From positions 1 through 62,397 of IMG/VR virus record IMGVR_UViG_3300044640_001993: DNA of 62,397 nt. One strand, written 5' to 3'. Under the pieces are notes generated by a model. The model saw nothing but the letters and a program-made list of their open reading frames with translations, was not told where the DNA came from and did not search any database. The DNA comes from a virus (lineage: Duplodnaviria > Caudoviricetes). The translations under genes were made by a program, and so were the position numbers. Position 1 is the first letter of the stretch. Each line of letters opens with the position of its first letter. Positions 18,101-25,063 of this stretch are shown here, piece after piece.

Positions 18101-20915
18101 AGTATCTCAACTCATGAGGCTGCATAAAAGCACTGGTTTGTTGGCTGAATAAGTCTCTTTTTGCTGATTGTTGACTTCTTTCGTATAAATCTCTTGCTAC
18201 GTCATCTTGATTGACTATTAGCCTTAATAGGTCATGGTAAAGAGTAGAAGTCTGGCTATTACCTAAACTAGAGATTAATAGTTTATCTAACGTCTGAACA
18301 ATATTAGAAGATAGTGCTAGAAGCTCTACAGAGGTATAGGAAGCTTTGTCTGGTCTTACTATGTCTCTTATTCTATCTGCCCTTTCCTTTAGGAATGTGG
18401 GGTTTTCTACTCCAAGACTGGATTCAGCTAGAGGTAGTTGAAGTCTACCTGATAAATTTAATAATACTTGTTCTATACCTGGAGTTGCGGGGGAACCCAT
18501 TAACCTTTGAAAGAAATTTCTTTCTTTTACTCGTTTGTTACCTATGGCTTGAAGCGTCTTGTCTAAACCAGGTGCAATGGTCTCTGTCCAGCTTAGTAAA
18601 CCTAATTGCTGCGCCTGTTGTTGTGCTAAAGAGCCTAATACATTACTTAAACCTTGTTGTCTAGAACTAGGACTCATTCGAGATAAAGCTAGTTGTAGAG
18701 ACCTGTTAGCAGCTTCAAACTTCATAGTATGCTGCATGGTGTGGACTAACCCAGCGACTACTTCTAAAGCTCCAAACTGCCTAGTCTCACCTGGGGCTAG
18801 TTCTACACCGTTATACAACTTAAGAACCTGCTTACTATCATTTTTGTAAATCATGCCATTAATGACACGATTGTTCTTAGATAGATAAACAACAGGTTGA
18901 TAGTCCTGTAAGCCATGCTCTTGTCCTACAGTTACAGAGAAGCTATACCCCTTACTATCACCTTCTAGCCCTGGTATCTGGATATCTAGCCCTGATAGCT
19001 CTCCTTTTCTGTTAATGTCGTATCTTTTGCTAAATATAAAGCCTTTGTTTGATACCTTCTCTCTAGCATCTACACCACCTATGCCTACCAGCATAGAGAC
19101 TAGTTTTCTAGTTTGGTCAGCGCTACCCCTTGCTTCTGTAAAAGAACCAAGCTGTCCTTTGCGTCCAAAGTTGCTGACACCGTGATAGTAATAAGAGGCT
19201 ATATCTTGTTGTTCTCTATCTGTCAAGCCTTCTATTGTTGTTTGGTCAAGGATTAAAGTTGCCTCAACGTTAGTCAGATGGGAGTTAAGACCCCAGTTAG
19301 CTGAACCAATACCATACTCAAAAAGTTTATTTTCTCCATCAAGAATGGCAAAGGATTTACTGTGAGCAAACTTTGTGGGTAATAAAGAGAAAGAGTTCTT
19401 TTCTAACAAAGTTGTCAAGACGCGAGCGTTTTCTTCTGGTAGCTTACCTGCGTGGTAATCATCTAATAGAGAGAACAAACCCTGACCTCTTCCAAAGCTA
19501 GTTGCAGAAGTAGCCAAGCTTAATCTATCTTGCTGCGCTAAGGTCTCTAAAGCTGCTAGAAAAGGTCTAGTTATAGTTTGGTGGTAGTCACTACCAGCTC
19601 GCATATCTACCTGCAGACTATTATTTGAAGAAGCACTTTTAGCATCTGCGTAGAATATTCTTTCAAGATACTGAATAGATAAAATTACTTTTTTAGTTTT
19701 TGTATGGTCATTAGCCGCAGATTGTATTTTCTCTAGAATCTTTTTCTGTATCTCTTCTCCAACAAATAAAGCTTTTGGAAGAGCATTCAATCCAGCAAGA
19801 TTCTTTTCTGTTCTAGCATATACATTATCTCTAAAATTTAACGTCAAATTATGACTAGTTCTTGTACTCTGCGATATAGCTTCGACCCCACTTCTTAGCT
19901 GCCTTTGTTGGTCAGCAGCCGCGTCATAAATAGCATCTGTAACGGCTTTAATCTCGTCTATTAATCTCCCGCGAATAGATTCTCTTCTGTCTAATTCTTT
20001 GTCTTTAATATTAGGGTTTTGGGAAAAGCTTCTATATATGTCACCGCGGGTTAGCACAAGCATTTCTTCTGCTGTGTGTGCTTTAGATAAAGCCCCAGTT
20101 ATATTTTGTGTAGATATAAAAGATGTTTCTGCTTTTTTACTAGAGTCATTCTCTACTGATAAATAACCTACTTTAGCATGAAGGTAACTGCTTTCAGGCA
20201 TACTAACGCCGTATGCTGTTATATTATTCTTATTTTCAAGAATCTTAAGCGTTACGTCGTTACCTAATAAGACTCTCATACTGTCTTGAGTGTCTTTGTT
20301 ACCTAACCCTTTAGCAGAGTAGTCGGAGTTTAGGAAGCTTTGAGTAACTAGTTCTGTGCTCGCACGTCTTTGGTTAATACCTGCTACAGTGTTTATTTCC
20401 TGTACTTGGTACATAGACATTCTCAGGCTCATACCTCTAGCCTGTTCATTAGCTAGAAGAGAGTAGGTGTCGTAGTGAGTTGGACGACTTATAAAACCAG
20501 AAGGAGGTTTATATGTGTCTGTCCTTTGTGAACCTTCACCATAGCCTGTAGCTCGACGCATTTCATTGTCATAGCTTAATAAGGCAGATGATAGTCTTTC
20601 AGCTTGACTGCCGACAACAAACCTTAAATAGTTCTCCTTAGTTTGGTTGTCAAGGTTCTGCATCTTGGTACTAAACCCGATGCTGAGGTTAGTGGCAGCC
20701 TTAAAGGGGTCACGAGAGTTTTCATCAAAGGTATTAAAGAACTGTGACACTGGGCTGCCCCGACCCATGTTGTACTCAACTAGACTTATAAAAGGATTCT
20801 CTTTTACTTCCTGCTCTGTAACTTGTTGTTGAGGAGTAGGTTGTGTAGTCCGGCTGCCATCATCATCTTCAAAGTCAAGAGAATCGCCATTACTGATTAT
20901 ATCTTCTTCATTCAT
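9120..20915 (-). CDS. Giant (3931 aa) putative virion single-chain two-barrel RNA polymerase with N-terminal PLD-like motifs, in the tape-measure position
   Basis: Catalytic-type LGDYDGD (12732-12749); ordered beta-like and beta'-like DPBB motifs; HAK...STQN and HSK...D...GSAN PLD-like motifs; hydrophobic C-terminal segments. Confidence 0.7.
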   Translation of the reverse strand: MNEEDIISNGDSLDFEDDDGSRTTQPTPQQQVTEQEVKENPFISLVEYNMGRGSPVSQFFNTFDENSRDPFKAATNLSIGFSTKMQNLDNQTKENYLRFVVGSQAERLSSALLSYDNEMRRATGYGEGSQRTDTYKPPSGFISRPTHYDTYSLLANEQARGMSLRMSMYQVQEINTVAGINQRRASTELVTQSFLNSDYSAKGLGNKDTQDSMRVLLGNDVTLKILENKNNITAYGVSMPESSYLHAKVGYLSVENDSSKKAETSFISTQNITGALSKAHTAEEMLVLTRGDIYRSFSQNPNIKDKELDRRESIRGRLIDEIKAVTDAIYDAAADQQRQLRSGVEAISQSTRTSHNLTLNFRDNVYARTEKNLAGLNALPKALFVGEEIQKKILEKIQSAANDHTKTKKVILSIQYLERIFYADAKSASSNNSLQVDMRAGSDYHQTITRPFLAALETLAQQDRLSLATSATSFGRGQGLFSLLDDYHAGKLPEENARVLTTLLEKNSFSLLPTKFAHSKSFAILDGENKLFEYGIGSANWGLNSHLTNVEATLILDQTTIEGLTDREQQDIASYYYHGVSNFGRKGQLGSFTEARGSADQTRKLVSMLVGIGGVDAREKVSNKGFIFSKRYDINRKGELSGLDIQIPGLEGDSKGYSFSVTVGQEHGLQDYQPVVYLSKNNRVINGMIYKNDSKQVLKLYNGVELAPGETRQFGALEVVAGLVHTMQHTMKFEAANRSLQLALSRMSPSSRQQGLSNVLGSLAQQQAQQLGLLSWTETIAPGLDKTLQAIGNKRVKERNFFQRLMGSPATPGIEQVLLNLSGRLQLPLAESSLGVENPTFLKERADRIRDIVRPDKASYTSVELLALSSNIVQTLDKLLISSLGNSQTSTLYHDLLRLIVNQDDVARDLYERSQQSAKRDLFSQQTSAFMQPHELRYSFGQALYKTPVFGINDDLYNLAESQSTLGFLLSPHALRHGESLGGSYIRAIADSIRFTERDLYKNQGGIYKAEGGAASIRDTESMLSTMRQLGILRREDYVAQVLASLRKAGLSDEQAAKRAKEQEEEVFKLLTVRGSSSSSLFYFPYRVTEQISQRLKNLQSGRPVEAASKDFGRYADTLGVFSTTADPLQLENMLAGSMMTSIPEHQFKYLQKLLEENKNNPDTVLNYIKRNIHGDSMSLVRGFLGGTSPKRVLQSMGIATMSDFAYVNADYRDETGNRPEYTLLHKTTMTLDATRLQGNVSFEQQVRQKLTKGVTFLALDTLIEDTGLRSLLEKTVLDQLNPQEGDDKLNFVEKMQSLDAGKRKNLEDAISLRFETVQFKSSKGQFYFRRGVQSAAVGSSPEERLTSKKMIGQLEESKGYFTIKGLYEYDSLGGQQKATQLLKFKLPAVSQRVYRGVTVLHEDPRISQTGSSTITLELDTSTRRDTMSGLRPGTDTSKGPDLMLSGDLFDALEKSKGTNTELLPERLRDQSIYAILTPSQIKGFNFEQGLMLIEDRHDSSFLKFVGGDEGGAAVAEGLALMMLKEKVDDNETISRLLGEHLKTSGKSQAALALLKPGSSQGKALPVRGRTNSITDAAKPTFQIFGELTSLALPEFLNDNTLSVSQALVKTVSLALGTGTEANQARERLKTRALSLFGEVRTRTDRALGVEFDQSRYIFNDSFDSRSASVLAYFIKAGQDLLGDIDTNQRLNGASISEVNPAYFMGSENRKRYLGETADTDPRTRLAMIASVRRVASGLNVHLPRPEDINNATGQNKEMLEKQLEFGLAQVNAMLRLNRFMEFGIEKLPSKIAVAVGMQNMTKMEGHYALELSKAQLGLYTDTLQEKQDVLSIQQAVLLLGGLMEGQLPDPYRASTLYGLKVTNLASLDEQVGISKSMRFATNFLSNFSRVAEKTLPTVVAGERGFTSPLAKDAVLAYIYNPDGKDAKRLVEKMGLVRQLAGGIVMPSSQDAEDGVNYRRRQIERRILQEVQMDGVQKTAIQKEVVSIFKEFSTAYGKDSRMSSQNPYRSQFIETELPKIIIERSLETLKNKQTLIAPIAYYESFFTKLTTSVAALNPLLLTDQPNQKLDIAKYLTEDLLRDSGVYEHYQADINRRITASQNTESGTEYLQYGMEVLRSVSHTQKSKDSKDSKHGKDPTIEQAKNLYETISKTKRLVLPALIGHGMSESGKHTVSYAPTTSSSPNQGLLLGLDLMQKISLVFQGESHAALTTQVALSDQLTNSYSLLERLSGASNRSETTELDDYELAQYRRLEFLMRESVETTGELLNNQETIRQAATDRLKLSGMSAIAMSSLLLAEDEVAFGSRFTEVTQRGQNANVKAELKTSRAALLGVSKSIVKLNASIDYLEGQVGTTTKQVSYRTNIPDSNEVRSVTLFTGLQHRQLANLIQRYKDLDATRNKMQSLVDNATQNSSLTEAEYKDLETFRLRDKKDEDGIAEEGKTFKKGYVSNRLLKRMGLDYEYVEYGREYDESDDNANEKVRIRKKASSPIDKSDINVFKMRVAKTIEDEQKNLRTKIEEKEKIILENEAKLEASKQSVALKESQLPFLLDKLVDRLNQQRQTYYSQTYGQELPETEYITRSHVNPLIDGYRVASVDSFMDYTSRLISSRQINSVEPVKELFPSSYLDLPLFADFNETVKAKTKTRLEEIEKLYSSSSTEARQGGPYGAALPSESATALLNIVGVGTVDQRARETDTLVRLAKRESATLMLVSALGMHYTELGDYDGDSFQGAMTQLANVTRRIQQQQAAVDKLSKDKSNLHHDSSLSTDKLNAISKAEVKAADEELSLMIKHKNELLNEHRKIKIEAKQRANKGLRAYTSTYTAIPREMMGEGGILPDESLQSLVKQFRDTLDGIYGNTKHATDAVGVLTNDVLSKLQLTKQNGEFKVTGMVGYTRDEESRKLLAAATSEFDYYYQDIENKDNLNTPEDVINAIILQQANVASFNASMANSDKRLASATGSILDAQGINEIQSILGASGTGLLGSTYNTVVPLVAIKMGEITAQRAMRGDEGASYRMAMAAGLTREINQRKAQLSTTDQAQQSLINQLEQRRNSYFNSGQTLSTNLRLDEGNRQLEVAMRFVITTQQFLRDAAIKPKESKKGTNTSKTIMLEVVDDFFLPADELPSYGIQLPEGQDNIKGLTNILNSLTGDSRTIKDNRESILTRFLGEKVGNDLDIYLGEKETPVYARQAKAFAALKLITEYVSGNFEDSSAMMEQSVFKDILKAAQTREKYAGQSADDFISNFITDLTSAFQSEYIFINSLEIQNRVEFARTGQALLDLYGVKRVGTYNKDDEFERGAIDSLVDRRKAELLEGLNETSAIKTLEEGYLKEYRIEQEGMQEAIAKATSGLNDDFEIFEAGLRASINKTLQNDQQRLKDSINELKNLHSAIGEMREGSLPSNLEQNLSLYSTAFAQQLAAGKIDPNIWMGFYAQALPEIAGLAAEAVKTTNPGIENQPDKRPAEAAYRGFFSMLGLQNTSIGYNPDGDNNPDIAAIEARASRYVRTNEYTNLNLAMEYTVFTNPSIDKNALKADIGALGDNGKYLSEEAEALLFSKSEVEGKPGEREYRIGLEAIKGLELNTSAAEQAANQSAFTYTMSKLNQEYTSLVAEQAANNINLSQAEDVREKLNVQYDAAIDRLQAQMDAAKSNSNNLRPEDHFKTVQDIQNELNRNLTATIKRATSLEVNRISRESRRSHSISEAISVLAVPALFALMQNRASASEQAIELLSNTAQSYLSSSAVADPTSEGELAKTAQRLRTARIRNSLTMGGGSTESLLTGIAFESIFNASSVISNKVVDTIGTRSGGFAATPLGRLTGEVVGGVVGMGIAGLLTNRKAGLPGEGVTEQDMADRIIEGIKQSTREAAERFSEQIIAQASVDVFDEEDGATMASSSDYNNNSGFLTAMELDELTGVTLTTYEGDEIPTYLET

Positions 20916-20976
20916 GTTGTTTTCCTTGTTATATTAAGGCTATACTCTACTTATCTATACCCAGCTTATAACTCTC

Positions 20977-21759
20977 ATGACCACAGACAGACACATAGTA
21001 ACTATTCCAGCAGCAGATTTACCAAATCGGGCGTTAGATGTAAGCTACACAGAACCAACTTACGGCGATTATCGTAAAGCTAAACGGCTATACCCTTACC
21101 CTACAAGAGAGGGAGAAGTTAGACCTTCTTATAGTGTAGAAGAGCTGCTGTTTGCTTCTATGCTTACCAAAGTAGAAAGTAAAGGAAAAGAGTTACCTAT
21201 TGAGCCACAAGATTTACCGTCAAGAATCGAGCCATTTCCTATTGATGACCGTCAAGCTATGATGCTTGAATTTATTGGCTACCATTTTTTAGATGAAGAC
21301 CAATCTAAAGCTGCTAAGGCTTTTGCGATGGAGCAGCGGGCTGGTGCTATTAAACCTTCTCTTTTAATTCCCGGTAGTATTACACCTTCTGGACGAAGCT
21401 TTCTGCTTAATCGTCCTAATACTGGTACACAATGGAAAGCTGATAATGTCTTTAAGGGTCCGCAAGAGAATGGCTGTACTCTCGATGAAATGTTAGTAGC
21501 TATGTGTCTTGCTGAAATTAACAGTAAGCCTGTAGCTAGTGATCTTAAAGATATTGTTTCAATATTTGATGCGGAAAGAATTGATGAGGTACAGTTTCTT
21601 GCGACGATATTCATTAATGCCTTCGTTCTCGATAGCGATAGTGCTGATGAGGCTAAAGCAAGGGGAAAGCGGAAGAAAGCAGAACTTGGCAAGAAAAAAC
21701 CAGTATCCAAAAAAGCAGATACAGTGACCCAAGTAGCGATCACACCACCAATTTTATAA
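20977..21759 (+). CDS. Tail assembly chaperone (gpG-like)
   Basis: Two internal repeats of a chaperone-like pattern; in-phase slippery heptamer G GGA AAG near the 3' end. Confidence 0.7.
   Translation: MTTDRHIVTIPAADLPNRALDVSYTEPTYGDYRKAKRLYPYPTREGEVRPSYSVEELLFASMLTKVESKGKELPIEPQDLPSRIEPFPIDDRQAMMLEFIGYHFLDEDQSKAAKAFAMEQRAGAIKPSLLIPGSITPSGRSFLLNRPNTGTQWKADNVFKGPQENGCTLDEMLVAMCLAEINSKPVASDLKDIVSIFDAERIDEVQFLATIFINAFVLDSDSADEAKARGKRKKAELGKKKPVSKKADTVTQVAITPPIL
21663..21669 (+). promoter_or_regulatory. Programmed -1 ribosomal frameshift site GGGAAAG
   Basis: Same heptamer as the lambda G/GT site, correct codon phase, -1 frame open from 21657 to 22235. Confidence 0.8.
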
Positions 21760-21800
21760 AAAGTGATGCTGTTATACCTTTTATAGATTACCTTCCTGCT

Positions 21801-22235
21801 ATGCCTATAGGGTGTGATGTTCAAGTAGGAGGAAGGTTAAGTGCTTTTCCTGGGTGGTATCCAATAGACAGAAGATACCTGTTTGCCACACCAGAAGAAG
21901 CGGAGCATTACTCTTTTAGGGAACATTTTAGATTAGACGCTGAGGCAGAGTATTTCTCTAAAAGGTATGATATAGCCTCTCTAGTTGCTATTAATCAGTT
22001 AATGCCTATCTCAGCTGAAGAGTGGTTAGGATTAAGAGAAGACCCTTTTACTAAAGCTTATGGTCTTCCTGACCCTATTAAGAAGGCTATAGCCTTTGAG
22101 GTGGCCAAGATAGGAAGAGACAGGGAAAGTAAGCAAAGGGAACAGCAACAAGAGTTAAAGCTAGAACAAACAGAGTTCAGTGGTCGGTTGAACTTTGGTA
22201 CACCTAATACGAGTTTTGGTAAAGTGTATAGTTAA
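21801..22235 (+). CDS. Tail assembly chaperone gpT-like part (probably made as a G-T fusion, 20977-22235)
   Basis: -1 frame relative to the upstream gene, with no stop back to 21657. Confidence 0.65.
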   Translation: MPIGCDVQVGGRLSAFPGWYPIDRRYLFATPEEAEHYSFREHFRLDAEAEYFSKRYDIASLVAINQLMPISAEEWLGLREDPFTKAYGLPDPIKKAIAFEVAKIGRDRESKQREQQQELKLEQTEFSGRLNFGTPNTSFGKVYS

Positions 22236-23665
22236 TGGTTACGGATATTGAGTACATAGATAAACGATCTGCTAAGGGTAAGTTTACCCAACAAGGCGGA
22301 CACAGCTTTATGCAATCTTTCTTGCGGCGCACTCCTAATGTCCGGTTAAGGCTTAATGAAAGACTAGTCCGCCAAGATTTGACCATAAAATCCGCTATTA
22401 ACACTCTGGACAATTATATTGTCGGCACTATAGGAGAAGTAACTCACCCTGATGCTGAGATTGCTTTGTTTCTTAACAACAATCTTAAAACTCTAGAAGA
22501 CTCTGTAGGCGTAAGCTGGAAAAACTGTCTTAAGACTGCTCAATTTACTACGGACTGGGCTGGAGCTAGTGTGTCGGAGATAATGTTCAAGCTAGAGTTT
22601 GGCACTTTGACTCTAGAGGACTTGATAACTTATCATCCTTCTTCTATTACTATCTACACAGATAAGAAAGGAAGACTAACTGACGATGGTGAAAGTATTG
22701 ATGGTTATCACAAACCTGGCATTTACCAGACTTCCGTTGGGTATGACACCGCAGAGAAAAAATTAAACCTGTGGAAGGTTCTCTTTTTAGCTAACGAACC
22801 TGAGTATGGTAACTTCTATGGTCACTCTATTGTCTCTCCTGCTTACAAGTGGCAGCGACTAAAAGAGGCTCTAATAGACTTAATGATGATTTACCTAGAA
22901 AAGGCTGGGCATCGTCTTACTTGGGTTTCTTCTACAGCACATCCTACGGAACAAAGTAGGTTAGACCCCTCTACAGGAGAAGAAAAGAATATTACCACTC
23001 TTGACCTCCTTAAAGAACAGATGGACCAAGATGATGGTATTAAACAAACTCTATATCTTCCTTTTAATATTGAAGGGGCGCAGCCAACTGTAGGTTCTGT
23101 TCCTTTGTCTGACTTGGTAGGTAATTGCTTTTTAGATGCGATCGCTTTTGCTGACCAAGAGAGTGTCAAGCATATCATTCCCTACTTTCTTATTAGTGAT
23201 AAAGGATTATCTTTAACTCCTGAAGCTATTGAAAGAAGAATGGAAGTCTTTGGGCAGTACAAAGAAGTTAGAAGAGAACAGTTGACTACAGCGGCAGTCA
23301 AACAGATTCTTAACCGCTTGGTGCAATGGAATTTTAATAGAAGTTCTGCAAAGGTGGCTCCTAGCTTTTCAACTGTGTATAGCGATCGCTCTGAAGATAG
23401 AGTAGCTACTATGCAGATGGTTAAAGGTCTAACAGAGAATGGCTATCTGAATCCTAAAGTAGAGTCAGATTGGAACATGGTTAGACAGATGATTAAGGTT
23501 GCTGCAAGAGAGATGACTCCTGAAGACCAGAAGTTCATTGAAGAAGTAGTGATTAATCCTAGACAGAAGACACAAGCTTCTGATGTCGGTCCAAATGGGG
23601 CTGGTAAAAGAGGTAGAGCTACTGGCTCTACTACAAAGCAGATTAATAGCCGCTCATCTAAGTAA
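22235..23665 (+). CDS. Portal protein (DUF935/Mu gp29-like)
   Basis: GASVSEI and YGNFYGHSIVSPAYKWQRLKE motifs; 476 aa; upstream of protease and capsid. Confidence 0.8.
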   Translation: MVTDIEYIDKRSAKGKFTQQGGHSFMQSFLRRTPNVRLRLNERLVRQDLTIKSAINTLDNYIVGTIGEVTHPDAEIALFLNNNLKTLEDSVGVSWKNCLKTAQFTTDWAGASVSEIMFKLEFGTLTLEDLITYHPSSITIYTDKKGRLTDDGESIDGYHKPGIYQTSVGYDTAEKKLNLWKVLFLANEPEYGNFYGHSIVSPAYKWQRLKEALIDLMMIYLEKAGHRLTWVSSTAHPTEQSRLDPSTGEEKNITTLDLLKEQMDQDDGIKQTLYLPFNIEGAQPTVGSVPLSDLVGNCFLDAIAFADQESVKHIIPYFLISDKGLSLTPEAIERRMEVFGQYKEVRREQLTTAAVKQILNRLVQWNFNRSSAKVAPSFSTVYSDRSEDRVATMQMVKGLTENGYLNPKVESDWNMVRQMIKVAAREMTPEDQKFIEEVVINPRQKTQASDVGPNGAGKRGRATGSTTKQINSRSSK

Positions 23666-24259
23666 ATATCCGAGGTGTGAGCGTTCTTTACTAATTACTT
23701 GTGCTAGTCTAAGATGTAAGCAGTCCCTGTGCTCATCAAACTCACTACAAGTACAGTTGTTGAGAGTCGTAGAGTTCTTCTTTCCAGTTGGTGAGGTGAT
23801 GACAAAGTGGCTACCTTTTACTTCTTGTAGGGTGTAACCATCTTCTAGAGCTTTAGACGCTAGAAGTTTAGAGTAATCTATGTCTTTCTCTTTTTTTGAG
23901 GAAGTTAGTTCTAAGCTTCTCTTATTTAAGCCTTCATAGTAAGTAAGGATGCCTCTTTTGATAGACGCTGACTTAACTAAATCTCTAAAGTGCTTCTCTA
24001 AATAAAGTTTAGCTATAGCTCTATCTAAACTCTTGTTATGCAAACAGTCTATAAACTTAGTGTTTTCTAAGATCCAATCTTTTGCAGAAACTATGGTTAT
24101 GGCTCTTACGTAGTAGGAGGGTACGTCCTCAACACTTATTAAAACTTGCTGTTTTAGTCCCGCAAAGCTAATTGTGGTTTTAAGGTCTGGATCCACATTT
24201 AAGATAGCCAACTTGCTAAAACAGTCTCTCTGAGCTGCTAAAAACGCATAACTTTCCAT
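23654..24259 (-). CDS. SWIM zinc-finger protein
   Basis: C-terminal CTC-x8-CLH (CxC...CxH). Confidence 0.75.
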   Translation of the reverse strand: MESYAFLAAQRDCFSKLAILNVDPDLKTTISFAGLKQQVLISVEDVPSYYVRAITIVSAKDWILENTKFIDCLHNKSLDRAIAKLYLEKHFRDLVKSASIKRGILTYYEGLNKRSLELTSSKKEKDIDYSKLLASKALEDGYTLQEVKGSHFVITSPTGKKNSTTLNNCTCSEFDEHRDCLHLRLAQVISKERSHLGYLLR

Positions 24260-24316
24260 TTCTTTTCTCTCTTTTCTTTTTTTCTTGTACTTTTAGTTTA
24301 GACTTATTGCTTTTTT

Positions 24317-24985
24317 ATGAATGAGAACCAACTACTAGAGGCTATGATTTCAGCTCCTATCACGGCTGTTACTCCTAATCAAGTAGAACCTATTGTTGCT
24401 AGAGGGTATGGTAGTCAAGAGTTACTTTTATCTCAACCAAGAGCTATCCAACCTCTAAAGACTTTACAGCCAACAGAGCAAATGACGAACAGTTCGTTGC
24501 CTGTGCAGCCTCAAAGTCAAGTTTTTATGGACTCTTCTTATGGTTATGTTTCTGGCAGCAGACACGAGGAGTCTGAAAAGGTAATACCAAATTATAGATT
24601 AGCTACCTCTTGTGCTAACTGCGCCTTTTCAACCTATGATCCTGTTCGGCGAGAAGCTACCTGCCAGAAGTGGAAGGTATGTGTCACGCCTTTCTACGTT
24701 TGTGACTTTCATCTAAACCCTAGTACATTGGCAGAGACACAAGAAAACTTCTCTGAGACGGCTGTTACAGAATCTACAGAGAATGAGGTTGTTTCAGATG
24801 TAGATGTAGTAGATACCTCTTTAGCAACTAACTCTAAATATGCTGACATCGAGTTGTACGCAGAGGCTTTGACCTTGACCCCTTCTTATTTTGATATTGA
24901 AGGATTAGCCGAGATTTACTCTGAGAAAAAGTACCAGCAGTTGTTTAAAGCTAAACACGGAGCTGCTTCTCCTTATCTTTCTTAA
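24317..24985 (+). CDS. Hypothetical head-module protein with a four-Cys motif
   Basis: CANC-x12-CQKW...VCDFH. Confidence 0.65.
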   Translation: MNENQLLEAMISAPITAVTPNQVEPIVARGYGSQELLLSQPRAIQPLKTLQPTEQMTNSSLPVQPQSQVFMDSSYGYVSGSRHEESEKVIPNYRLATSCANCAFSTYDPVRREATCQKWKVCVTPFYVCDFHLNPSTLAETQENFSETAVTESTENEVVSDVDVVDTSLATNSKYADIELYAEALTLTPSYFDIEGLAEIYSEKKYQQLFKAKHGAASPYLS

Positions 24986-25063
24986 TTATTTTTCTCTTTT
25001 TCTTTACTTTTTTTTGTTTTTTTTAATACTGAGCTAAGTTTAAACCAACACTAATAACTGCTT

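Noticed and set aside
9412-20832. Plus-strand ORFs inside the giant gene, and similar antisense ORFs in structural genes
   Set aside because: Shadow ORFs with no RBS or motifs, opposite long coherent genes
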